Assembly (NCBI RefSeq): GCF_006345805.1
Contig: NW_021829832.1
Span: 558,001 to 622,000 of the forward strand
Source: Octopus sinensis
Lineage: Eukaryota
Reading direction: 5' to 3'
Length of the DNA stretch: 64,000 nucleotides
Numbering within the stretch: the first letter of the stretch is position 1; each line of letters opens with the position of its first letter. Below, piece after piece: positions 13,651 through 25,158 of the stretch. The notes under the pieces are model-generated. The model did not search any database. It had not been told where the DNA came from and saw only the letters and a program-made list of their open reading frames with translations. Position numbers and translations under genes: made by a program.

Positions 13651-14253
13651 ACTGCAATGTTAAAAATAAACATGAAGTTTCTCTTTATTATTATTATTAT
13701 TTAAAGACCAAACACGGGCAAAGCCAGTTAATTATAGTTATTCCCGTGATCGCCGATCCAAACGAGGGAGATCCTTCTGAAAGGTTCAATCCTTCCCGCA
13801 AGATCGGCCTGAGACGACGATGTCCCAGGGTCTGAGAAGCTAAGAGTCCTTTTTCGGTAGGCATTAAGTGCCTCCTGAGCGTTGCCATATCCGGAGGAAT
13901 TTCCAACTGACATGGTGGACCCCGTAACGCCACGCTAAGCCCGGAAGGTAAGAGATCCCCATTTCCAACTGTGTCGTGCCAGAAGTACTCGTTGCCTCAC
14001 GGGCAGGGGAACGATAACGAGAATTTGCCCCAGGATGAAAACTGGCCTCCTTCGGAGTCGAACTCACGACCGTCCAAATCCATTATCCATAGCCTAGTCT
14101 TCAGCCAAGGGGGCATAGCTTTAATAAGAAACTACAAAGCGAGTATTATTGTGACCGGTTGAATACGAGCCCAGGTTGAATACGAGCCGTTAAACGAGCC
14201 GTCAAAGTGGCGTTATACGAGCCGTTAAATGGCGTGAATGCCGTTAAATCATA

Positions 14254-14524
14254 TTAGGGTTAGGGTCAGGGTTAGGGTTAGGGTTAGGGTCAGGGTTAGG
14301 GTCAGGGTTAGGGTCAGGGTTAGGGTCAGGGTTAGGGTCAGGGTTAGGGTCAGGGTTAGGGTCAGGGTTAGGGTCAGGGTTAGGGTTAGGGTCAGGGTTA
14401 GCGTCAGGGTTAGCGTCAGGGTTAGCGTCAGGGTTAGCGTCAGGGTTAGCGTCAGGGTTAGCGTCAGGGTTAGCGTCAGGGTTAGCGTCAGGTTTAGCGT
14501 CAGGGTCAGGGATTAGGGTTAGGG
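14254..14524 (+). repeat. Interstitial telomere-like array: (TTAGGG-TCAGGG)n followed by (TTAGCG-TCAGGG)n
   Basis: Directly visible hexamer array; it switches to TTAGCG-containing 12-mers at 14398. Confidence 0.97.
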
Positions 14525-14808
14525 TCCTGTTTTCTTTTAGTGTCTTTTTTTATGATGAATATGTTTATAAATAACGTTGAAATCATTTATAGTTAGAGTT
14601 AAAGTTAAGATTAGAGTTAAAGTTGTTACAAACTTGTAATTTGCTAATGTTGCAATTTATAATATCAAAAATAAAAATAATTCACATTATCATTTGCTAA
14701 TGTTGTAAATAATTTTACTATTTTAAAGCAAACATGGTTCAAATATAAAACAATCATTTTCAAAATTTTAAAGTTCAATCATTAATTCGGATGTTTTTGC
14801 ATTTATTG

Positions 14809-17800
14809 AGGTTTATGTTTAATTGTTGTTGGACGGGTTGTTGTGGTGTAATGTCAGTTTTCAAGAGTGAAAATAAGGCAACAATAAAGACAGAAAACGA
14901 GCATTTATCATATGAAAACAAGTTTGGAGGCAACATTACTGTTGTGCTTAAAGTCAATAACCCCTCGATGGGATCTATTAATATTTTTAACACGCTATGC
15001 AACATGAAATCGATCAAGAAGGCACGAGTTTCTCGCCGACAGTCAGGAGAGTTTCTACTGAATTTCAAAGTCGAAAAAGATGTGGAAAACTTTCAAATTG
15101 AATTAGAAGAAAGCAAACCTTTTGGAGAGGGAGGCCACTCTCTCAAAAATAAGAAATTCGGGCCAGTGGCAATAATTCTAAAAAATGTCCCAACTTGGAT
15201 CGAAATTGAGGAACTCGAAGACTTCCTGAAGGGCAAAGTGAAAGGAAAAATGACTCTCGAACGCTTTGAGAAAGGGGAGTGAGACTCCCTATTATTAAAT
15301 TGGTAACTTCTGATCATGGAGAAGCTCAATCGCTTGTACGATTTGGGCTAAAGATTGGCTTTTCGAATGTAAAGGCCGAGTGGTACAGAAAACCGGAAGT
15401 CCAGTGCTATCGATGCCAAGGGTTTGGCCACATAGCACGCTTCTGTAAAAATCAGGAGAAATGTCTATTTTGTTCGGGTACACATGCTGGAACAGATTGC
15501 AAGGACTCTAACATGAAAAAATGTGTCAACTGCGGTTCTTCGAGCCACTTGGCAAATTATCGGGGCTGTGAGAAAGCTAAAGAAGCTTCAAAGCTGAAAA
15601 ATGATAAAATTCTAGTTCAGAAACTGTTAAAAGAAGCTTCGGAGAATGCTAAAATCAACCAAACAGACATAAAAAATTTACCCTTGAAGCCATGGGCGGG
15701 ATGGAACGTTCCAAGAGTTAGGAAAACAGTTGAAGCTGGAACACAGATTGGAAACGACTATATCTCACTCTGCGGTGCAGACTTTGTCGACTTCAGGAGC
15801 TGGGTCAATGACGGGTCGACCTCGAGCTGACTTAATTAGTGAGCTCGAAAGATCTATTAAGGACGTGACCAGAACTAAAAAAGATGCCAAGCTTTTACTC
15901 GGTTTGGTGGCTCTCCTAAAAGAGGGAAGCAGCCACCAAATAAATCAAACGTGACCAGGATTACCCTGGTTAATGCCCGCTCTCTTCGAAAGCGGGCAGC
16001 AGAGCTGATAGCTCTTATCAGCACAGTTCAGATGGATGTATTTATCATTAACGAGACGAAAATGAAGAAGTCTGGAAGTATCACTATTCCTGGATACAGC
16101 TCGATTGATATTCCTTGGCATCCTGGTGCTAACGCCGGCACAGGAACATCAATATTTTACAAAAAGTCTATTGACATTCGGAATCCAAGAATAATTGAAC
16201 AGAATGTATGTGAATTAGCATCCATTGATTTAAAAACTTCTATTGGATGGATAACCGTTGGAGGTATACTCCAAAAGGTTGAAAGATTATTCGTCGATTG
16301 TCAAAAATTTTATGGAAGGAAATGAGAATCCAATTCTTGTTGGAGACTTAAATGCGAAGCATACTGCATATGGGTGCGTGAAGTCAAATCAGGATGGAAA
16401 TTGTTTACTTAAGATCAAAAAAACCTCAAATTTTCAAATTTTAACGTCTGAAGAGCTTAACCACTTTCAGCAGCAAGGTGGTGATCGATTAGGATTGTTT
16501 ATTGTTGCAAATGCCTTAGTGGTTTGTGTGACCGGCCTTATGTTGAAAATGATGTTGGGAGTGACCATCTTCCGCAAACGATGAAACTACGAACGGGAGC
16601 AGTTCTCACTGAGGATGTATTTCTTGGTTATAATATCAGCAACATTAATTGGAATCATTTTAACTTTTATATGTCTATGAAATTTGCAAATACTCAAGAA
16701 TTGAAAATACTAAATCTTGACGAGATCAATTATTTGGATGAAAGAATAAGGAACATTATTCGAAATTATCTGGAGGACTATGGAAAAAAGAGGTTTCTCT
16801 TCTCGTACAAAAATCGATTGATAAATGAAGAGCAATCCAAACTACTTCGTGAAAAAAGGAACTTGGAAAGTAAACTAAAGCGGTGTTGGGACCCGCAAGA
16901 CGCTATCTTCCTCAAACAAAGAATAAAATCGATTAAAAACTTATCAGAGGAATTCTAAGGATATAGTAGAGGAGAGCTGGAAAAAAGAATGCTCTAAACT
17001 CTCTCATAAAAATCCGAATTTTTGGAAACTTTTCTCAAAGATGAGTTCTGATAAAAAGGGTGGAGAGATAAAACTCAAGTCCAGTGATGGCAATCTGATT
17101 CCAAGAGAGGAGGTACCTGAGAAGTTAAAAGAGCAGCTAGCTAAGATTCAAGAAGTGGACCCTTTGTCTATGATTTCTCAGACTATACAAAATGAGACGT
17201 GTATTTGGGAGTTACTATCGCTTACGGAGGGGCCATTATGTGGAGCTATTTCTATGGAAGAAATCAAATCAGCAATACACGGATGTAAAAATAAATCCCC
17301 TGGTTGGGACTACATACCGATGATTATCTTCAAAAAGGCGGGAATGCCTTTGTTATATGAACTATGGAAGCTATTTAACTCTTCGTGGAGTATTGGACAT
17401 GTTCCCCAAGCATGGAAGAGGACAATTGTTCGCATGATCCCGAAGAAAGGAAAACCGAGTTCGGATCCTGCAAATTACAGACCAATCAGCCTCATATGTT
17501 CTATCTCAAAAATCATGGAAAAAATTGTCTTTAAAAGACTATCAACTTATATTGAAGATAAACAGTATCTCTTGAAAGAGCAATGGGGTTTTCGGCGGAA
17601 CAAGGGCACTGGAAATTGCTTTTCACTGTTAAAGGAGGCCATATCTACAGCACAAAGGAAAAAAGAGTATCTTACGGCTGCATGTCTAGACATATCAAAA
17701 GCATTTGATAGCGTCTGGCATGCCGGGCTATTACGAACTTATATACAATTTAGCGTTGGAAAGACAGCCCTAGTTTGGATGAAGAGTTTCCTCTCGGAAA

Positions 17801-18678
17801 GAGAATCGTTTGTACGGGTCGGTAACCAATTATCGAAGAGAATTTTGCTTAAGAGAGGAGTTCCGCAGGGATCTGTCATCAGTCCACTTTTATTTAACTG
17901 TGTGATGTGCGACATCCCTCAAGTGGATCTCCCTAGCATGGAGATGGTCATCTACGCAGATGATATTTTAATTATGGATTTCTCTATGAGCAAGTCAATA
18001 TCGTGGAAAAGAACCCACAGTCATATCGAAAAAATTGGCAAATGGTGCCAGGATAAAGGCTTGTCTTTATCTTTTGAAAAAAGCACTGTTTGCTGGATTG
18101 GTAAAAGGAGAAGGAAACCTGATGTTTGTATTAACACCGGAGCGATAAAACCCGTGGATGATCTTAAATACCTCGGAATAGTTGTGGATGCAACTGGTTC
18201 ATTCAAGATGTATATAAGGAAGAGAAAGAACAAGGCTACCCAAATGTTGAAAGCTCTGATGCGATTCCAGCTGAAACCGGAAACGTTCTTATACGTATAC
18301 TCTGCGTGTATAGAACCCTTCCTGATCTATGGATCTCAAGGATGGTTCGGAAGCTGCGAAGGAAAGAAACATATTGATCTTTTGGAGAAAACGCGGAGAT
18401 ATGCCATTAAACTGGCACATGGCTTGGACTTAAAATCCAAACTAACCCCAGAGCTGGAGGGATCGGTACGATCCATTGAAAAACTGTTGCATCACTTAAA
18501 TAAATAGTGGTGCAAGGGGTCGTTATTTTTATCGAAGGGACATCTGGTGTCCCATTAGAATTGACCCCAATCAGCAAACAAACTTGTTTCTTCCGTCTCC
18601 TTGGTTTCGTTTGGCTCTTCTCTCCCCTTTTAATCTAGTGACGAGTTTGTTACATAGAAAATAAACATTTCAATTCAA
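14809..18678 (+). mobile_element. Non-LTR retrotransposon (Jockey/I/R1-like: gag ORF1 with 3 CCHC knuckles; ORF2 APE+RT, no RNase H), near full length, frameshifted
   Basis: 12-bp TSD TTGCATTTATTG (14797-14808 / 18679-18690). ORF1 CYRCQGFGHIARFC. ORF2 NARSL, GDLNAKH, CLDISKAFDSVWH, GVPQGSVISPLLF, YADD. 3' AATAAA followed by a CAATT-type tail. Confidence 0.93.
15951..18507 (+). pseudogene. LINE ORF2 (apurinic-like endonuclease + reverse transcriptase), frameshifts near 16270 and 16560 and a stop at 16958
   Basis: ORFs 15951-16325, 16258-16584, 16524-16958 and 17041-18507 are successive pieces of one APE-RT protein. Confidence 0.88.
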
Positions 18679-19564
18679 TTGCATTTATTGTAATTGGCCT
18701 TTTGAATCGGTATATTAATTATCGATCTTTTAACGGCTCGTATTCAACCGTATCTCATTATGAACCGGTCACATTATTTAAAGAAATAAAAAACAATTAG
18801 AAATTATACTTTATTTTAATAAAACCATACTTTTTTTTTAAAAAATATTTCCTCATTGTCTTTCGAAATTATTGATTTATTTTTTCAAATTAGACACATC
18901 TCCTTTACCTGAAAAAGTAGTGATAACCCGTTATTCTGCTTCTTGGAGACATCCTGGCAGCGTACCCTAGCGCCATTTCTTCCCTGCGATCAGGAGGAAG
19001 GTTTTGGCCACCTTCTTTTGTGCATTAATTGATAAATTTGCTGTAAAGCATTGCTTGAAGCATTAGGCCACTCATCCTGAGAGCTCTTCCCATTACTTGG
19101 AAAAGAGCGTATTTAACCCAGTCCTCCCAGGTCATGAAATAATTTTATTTTTTTCTGTGAGAGAATCAGAATTACTATTAAAGTAGTTCTCCGTCTCATC
19201 TATTTTTGTAAATTCCTAATTGATTTTCATTAAATAGGTGCAATTGAAAATCTAAAAGCTAATCGCTAGCACGAAATGCTTATAATTAACAATTTCAGTT
19301 TTTTAAAGTAAACTGGATATAGCGTCCACGAGAGAAATTGGAAGACATATGCTAACTAAATTTTGTTTTTTTGTAAAATTCGTATTAAAGATTAAATTCA
19401 AAATTGTGGCCAATTTTTAAATTAGCCAATTTGCGATAGTCACGTTTAATTAAGAAATGACTATTTTTTGATTTATAAGTGTTATTTAATAAGTAAAGTT
19501 TTGGCAGTCTTTATGGCTAGCTTTTTAGAGTGCATAGGATAAAAGAATGTCATTCTGTTAGATT

Positions 19565-19830
19565 TTTTATTAAGAGCCTTTTCTGGATTGACTTGGTAAT
19601 GTTACCATTACCAGGTTTCTTCATTAGGCCGGAAACGCACTTTATTTAGAAAGAGAGAGTTAACAAATCGGGTAAATCCAACTGTGCGAGTCCGAAAGAG
19701 ACATCCGGTTCCGCAGTGAAAATCACTGATGACAACGTCACTCGTCAAGCCCTGAATGCATATCAAATGCATGGAACCTTCACCTTCAGTAGGAATGATG
19801 TCAGCGAGATTCGAACCCGGGAGCATCGCA
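19565..19830 (-). mobile_element. tRNA-derived SINE, 5'-truncated
   Basis: 13-bp TSD ATTCTGTTAGATT (19552-64 / 19831-43). Minus strand starts with GGGTTCGAATC (Pol III B-box) and ends with AATAAAA. Confidence 0.7.
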
Positions 19831-20388
19831 ATTCTGTTAGATTATTTCTTTTAAAATTTGTCCATAAAAATGTTGTTATGTGTTAAATTAAAAATTTTAT
19901 AATTTTTTAAGTTATTTGTTTTATTCCTCTTGGTCTTGGCGATTAAATAAATGAATAAAATTCCAAAAATGTTAGCAAGTATTTAATGAATGTAACTAAT
20001 AGCTAAATTATGTTGGTCGCCACTTTATCGTCAGTCCCATAATGGCGAGCAATGGACTTTCTTAGTTTTCTCTGTTTTATTATTTTATATTTTGAAATAA
20101 AATTTCCGTGGATGAACTAAAATATGAGAAATTATTAAACTTTTCCAAACACAAGTAGGAATAAAAGACTTGTCAATGATATTCCGAAAAATATTTGTAG
20201 TTTCAGTCTAAAAAGCATAACTTTTTAATAAACTTGATTTGGTCATTCTTCCAATTTTCTAAATTTAATAAATATATGTAAATTAACCATTTGGTTTTTT
20301 CGTACTTTGTGAATAAACCAAAAAACCCTTTTTAGTATTTTGTGAAGTTATTACTTTTTCATGAGTTGTTTTAATTTTAGTCGAAGTA

Positions 20389-20660
20389 TTGGTCTTAGTA
20401 GTGGTGGCTGGTGTTGTAGTCGGACTAGTAGTTGTTGTGGTGGTGGTTGTAGTCGGACTAGTTGTTGTTGTAGTGGTGGCTGGTGTTGTAGTCGGACTAG
20501 TAGTTGTTGTGGTGGTGGTTGTAGTCGGAATAGTAGTTGTAGTGGTGGCTGGTGTTGTAGTCGGACTAGTAGTTGTTGTGGTGGTGGTTGTAGTCGGAAT
20601 AGTAGTTGTTGTAGTGGTGGTTGGTGTTAAAGTTGTAGTGAAAGTATTGGAAGTTGTTTT
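20389..20660 (-). repeat. Thr/Pro/Ser-rich (mucin-like) minisatellite; plausible exon on the minus strand
   Basis: Tandem GTAGTCGGACTA-containing units. The minus frame is open (TTTSPTTTPATTT...) after a TAG acceptor near 20673. The poly-Val plus-strand ORFs are the complementary reading. Confidence 0.75.
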
Positions 20661-20834
20661 TACCGTAATTACCTAGTTTTAATAATTTATAATTCAATAC
20701 ATTTTGTAATAATATCTTAGCAAATATATCCAGATCTCCAGAATTATCTTGACCGGGATCACTGAAATGTATTGCAATATTTACTCGCTAAGTCGAAATG
20801 TTTTCCCTCCCATATGGACTATGTTGCTGAAATC

Positions 20835-21826
20835 AAAAGAGCTAACAAACGTAATCAAAATATAGAATGACTAATTCATTATAAAAACGCAAAACTATCA
20901 TTTTGAGTATTTAGGCCATGATTAAATGTATTATTGTTTTTCTGTATCAAAAGGTAACTTTAAAAAAATAACAAGTTCCATTTAAATCGTTTTTAATTAT
21001 AATTAATTAATTCATTTGTTCGGTTTTACTTGCATTATCTATTGGGCTGATCAAAAGCCATAATCTTTAATTCCACTCAAGGTCTTTTTCCTCGACCATC
21101 CCAGCTTGAAACTGCAAATTAAAAAAATTAATTGAGAGTCTGATTTTTTAATTAGTTTATGATAAGCACAAGGTTTGAGTTGGTCCAGAAAGACAAGTCA
21201 GCACTGAGTATTTCCATTGAGAGATAGTTAAAGGAGTCAAAAATCTCAGTAGTGCAGCCCTTATAAGTTTGTTTCTAATCTGAGATGATGACAGACGTTG
21301 GAGAGCATTGATGGCTATCGATCATTGAAAATATTGTAATTTTTATAAAAAAGTAAATTTTATCTCTGATAATGTTAAAAAAGAATTATAAAACCAGCCA
21401 AGATTATATTAAACTCCATAAAAATGTTCCAACAATCATTAAGTCAGTCTTTATATTGGACGAGAACATCTTTGTTGTTTATTTTAACCAAAATGCAGAA
21501 AATAATTTCTTTAGGGGAAGGTTTTAAGGACCTCATCATCGAGGATATTCTTGATATGTTAGATTTTTGGGTGGATGATTATGGATGACCTTGTCACTTT
21601 GGACTTGTTTCCCATTATTGGCTAGTCATAAGGGAGATATTTTTACAATTTCACTGTATTTTGCTAATTTGAAGTTTGTGTGCAGACAGAAAAAACACAC
21701 CATTCCATTTTATTTTTAAGATTAATTAGTATAAATCTACTAATGATATTGGATAGCTGCTTACAGCTCTGTTATAAAAAAACCGTTTGTTTCAAATACA
21801 CATTTTTTATGACTTTAGTACTTAAT
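20835..21826 (+). repeat. Segmental duplication, copy 1 (paralog of 25159-26916)
   Basis: Colinear, highly similar sequence from AAAAGAGCTAACAAACG to GACTTTAG(T/C)ACTTAAT. Confidence 0.92.
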
Positions 21827-24800
21827 TTTAATTTTTTTTTAATTTTCAAATCCAATATAATATCAATTAAACATCAATTAACAAAACAAATGCTAACAAA
21901 TAATTACTTAAAAGACCCTTCAGCTTTCGGAGTCCGCTCTACGAGCTCCATTACCTTCCCGGTCTATCATCCCAGGGCCCACACTTCCGTCAATTTTAAC
22001 TCGTTTCGAACCATCCAGAAAAGGAACATGGTAGGCATCCTCGACAAGTCGACGCACCGCGATCTCTCGGTCACCGATCCCGTTAGCTTCCTCGTATTTT
22101 GAGAGTACCTCCTCAACCCGGGCTTCGTAATCCATTTGCGAAAGACCTCTCCGAAAGTCCAGCACAATGCTCTCCATCGTGCGCTTAAGCACAATTGATT
22201 GCATATAAGCAATCAGATGTTCCCTCACTCTGATCGACTCCAAATATTTTTTAAAATATTTAGACACAATGCCATCCCATGTAAGGACAACAGGAATTAT
22301 ATTCACTTTGGCCTTGTGAATCAAGGATAATTCATTAGCGAGCAAATCATATTTTCTTAACTTTTCAAGTTCTACTCGCTGTAAATTATCTTGAGAAGTA
22401 ACTCCCACTTCCACAATCCAAATTACGTTCTCTTTTTTATCATATACCAATAAATCAGGTTTGTTATAACGAACGGTAGAATCAGTCTCGATTCGAGTGT
22501 CCACCCGTATCTCAGCTCTTTCATTCGATATAACCTCCTGCACCGAATGTGTCTTCAACCTTTTCTGATTCTTCAATCCATAAAGACGACAAAAATGGAG
22601 ATGCAAACAGCGTACAACTTCATTATGACGTCTTGTGTAGTCAAGATACAGCATACGTTCACATCTAGTGGCCAGATGATCCACTGTTTTCTTCGCCGCT
22701 TTACAATGAGGGCACCTTGAGACCAGTTCTTCGCTGGAAAAGAGAATATTCCGATCCTGAAGAAAACATGCCAATCCTTCATTGCGCGGTGCCATTTGCA
22801 AGCCATATAGATGAGGACTTATGATCAACATTTGGAAGGTTTTGTGAATTGAATAGGATAGAGTGTAAATTTTTCCCTTTAATCTTGGTCATTAGAGAAG
22901 TTTCCTGAAGGTTTATTAGGTTTCCAAGACACTGCTTCAATGGGACTCCAGAAAAATACTCTTCTCCATACTTGGACTGCAAATACTCTACAATTGTTGA
23001 CATATGCGTCTTAGCACAATTTTCTGCTTGTAGTATTGCAGCTTTACGTGGAGAGGTGAGGCTTTTCTGTTTGAGGTCGGTCAAAAAACTCAATAAAATC
23101 CTTTCACTTTTAAAATTGACTGATTGTAGCCCCCTCCCATAAAATGTTCTTGGAAGATACAATCTGTCTAAATTCGCCGGTTTGGCGTGTATATGCACGC
23201 TTGTTAAGAACTGCCGTATACTTTTATCAACTTGATCGAGCATGGCCGGCTCAACATTTAGGACTCCAATATAATAATTATAAATCGATAATGCATATTC
23301 GTTAACTGATTTAAAGAAATTTCCAGAATTTAGCTTTGTATTAGCAAGCTTCTTAATCCTTGGAATTGCTTCACTTTTCAAGACATCCATCACTTCATTA
23401 CTCTTCATTTCACTAGACTTGTTTTCAATGATTCCAAGGTAGCGATATCCTTGCAATCCATCCAATACACATGCTTCATCACCCAGTGCCATCGAATTTG
23501 TTGCAGACTTTTCGAAGTTCTTCTCCATTCCCGAGGCTTCCAAAAACTCATTTGTATAGCTCATTATTCTTACTAGCAGGTCTTCACTTTCAGCGAACAT
23601 TTTAATATCATCGATGAACATAAAATGATTCGTAGAAAAATTTTGCGTTAAGGCTTCTTCACTTGTTTTGACAGATATTGTGGGAAACTTGAGATTTAAA
23701 CCTCTACTCAAGGGGTCCATCACCAACACAAACAATAATGGAGACAAACTATCCCTTTGTAATATGCCTCTTCCCAATTTCACTTTACGAATGGTACGAG
23801 TACTCAGCTTTAGATGCACAGTCCATCTTCCCACCAATGATTTGACAAAGTTAACAATCCACTTAGGGATTCCAGAGTTGTCCATGATTTTAAACAAAAA
23901 CATATGATCCACAGAATCAAAAGCCTTCCTGATATCAATCCATAAAGAATATAGCTTGTGGTCCATGGAGTTAAATACAGATTTATTCAACAGGGCTTGT
24001 TCCTTTGCACCATGACAACTTCGTCTCGTACCGAGTTGGTTTTCTGATATAACATCAAATGCCTCCAGGTAATCAGCCATTTTTAAATATACACATTTAG
24101 TCATCAACTTATACAGTGACGGCATGCATGTTATAGGCCTCAACTCCTTTGGAGAAGTCAGATTCTTACACTTTGGAACCAAATAGGTTACCCCAGTATA
24201 GAACCACTCTCCAGGGTAGTAATTATTTCCAACAATCCTCATTATTTCTGCATAAATAAATTTGTGAAAAAAATCAAGCTTCTTGATGAAGTAATTAAAT
24301 ACTCCATCACACCCAGCTGCCTTCCAATTGGGTAGAAATTTAATAACATCCGTTAACAACTCCTCATTAATCTTAATCGGATCATTCTCAACTCCAGTAG
24401 TTCTTCGGAGAAGCGGATAATCACCATTCAAGACGTTTTTAGGTTTCCATACACTCTCCCAGAATTCAGCACACTCTTCCTCATCAATATTTTGGGTAGT
24501 AACTGGCTCTTCAGATTCAAGGTTCCTGTAGAACCTTCTTCGGTTTAGCTCAAAATTCATATTATCACAACGGAACTTCCTCCTCGACTTTAATAATTCC
24601 TTTCGTTTTTCCACAATCTTAATCCTGTCATTTATTAAGTCACCAATCTAGTCCGCTCATTCTGAACTTTCCTGTACCCAAATGATGATAATGCATTTGC
24701 CGCCTTTGGTTTTTCCTCCTTGGTCAACTTTTTTCCAAAGAATTTTGTAATAAGTTCTAGTTTTTCCTTCAGTTCGCAAATAATCTTATCAAAAGAGTCC

Positions 24801-24915
24801 ACTGGGTCTTTCTTAGCAGGGTTCCTCATAGTCAATTTCTCATAGGCCACTTGACCTGAATATATTATATCCGAGATTTCGTCACTTCCAAATATTGGCG
24901 TAATTTAGGAAAATG
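21827..24915 (-). mobile_element. R4/Dong-type RLE non-LTR retrotransposon (RT + Zn knuckle + restriction-like endonuclease), 5'-truncated, 2 frameshifts
   Basis: LPNWKAAGCDG, RPITCMPSLYK, WIDIRKAFDSVDH, DSLSPLLF, FIDDIK, YRYLG, CPHC..DHLATRC..RHNEVV, NKPDLLVYDK..IVEVG, KLRKYDLLA; A-rich 3' tail near 21827. Confidence 0.9.
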
Positions 24916-24934
24916 TAAAATATTTTGTTAAAAA

Positions 24935-25001
24935 TTAAAAGAGCCTACTTAAGAGTTAAAGAGCCTCCAAAAGATCGCGCGCCAGCTTTTGCCGACCCCT
25001 G
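24935..25001 (-). mobile_element. hAT transposon terminal fragment
   Basis: Minus strand begins CAGGGGTCGGCAAAAGCTGGCGCGCGA...GGCTCTTT, a typical hAT terminus and similar to the end at 32639. Confidence 0.7.
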
Positions 25002-25158
25002 TCGTAGTCGGACTAGTAGTTGTTGTGGTGGTTATTGTAGTCGGACTAGTTGTTGTTGTAGTGGTGGCTGGCGTTGTAGTCGGACTAGTAGTTGTTGTGG
25101 TGGTGGTTATTGTAGTCGGACTAGTTGTTGTTGTAGTGGTGGCTGGTGTTGTAGTCGG
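25002..25158 (-). repeat. Second copy of the Thr-rich minisatellite
   Basis: Same unit as 20389-20600. Confidence 0.85.

Larger units (their letters stand above)
14150..18773. mobile_element. TGT...ACA TIR DNA transposon (Ginger-like, non-autonomous), 'element A', carrying a telomere-like array and a nested LINE
   Basis: Ends TGTGACCGGTT (14150) and AACCGGTCACA (18773); 4-bp TSD TTAT (14146-49 / 18774-77); repeated GAATACGAGCC subterminal motif at both ends in inverted orientation. Confidence 0.85.

Noticed and set aside
13697-14149. GC-richer ORF cluster left of element A
   Set aside because: It probably derives from an old TE, but no diagnostic motif was found in any frame.
14254-14808. 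Telomere-targeted (TRAS/SART-like) LINE, or a true chromosome end
   Set aside because: The LINE's TSD lies about 275 bp beyond the array in unique sequence, and the array is internal to a TIR element with matching TSDs on both sides.
20361-20676. Poly-Val and Cys/Gly/Ser ORFs (also 24925-25194), and a possible CRISPR-like array
   Set aside because: These are alternative frames of a Thr-rich minisatellite. There are no unique spacers or cas genes, and the context is eukaryotic.
20835-21826. Protein-coding gene (e.g. C-type lectin) within the duplicated segment
   Set aside because: No consistent spliced frame could be built on either strand by eye.
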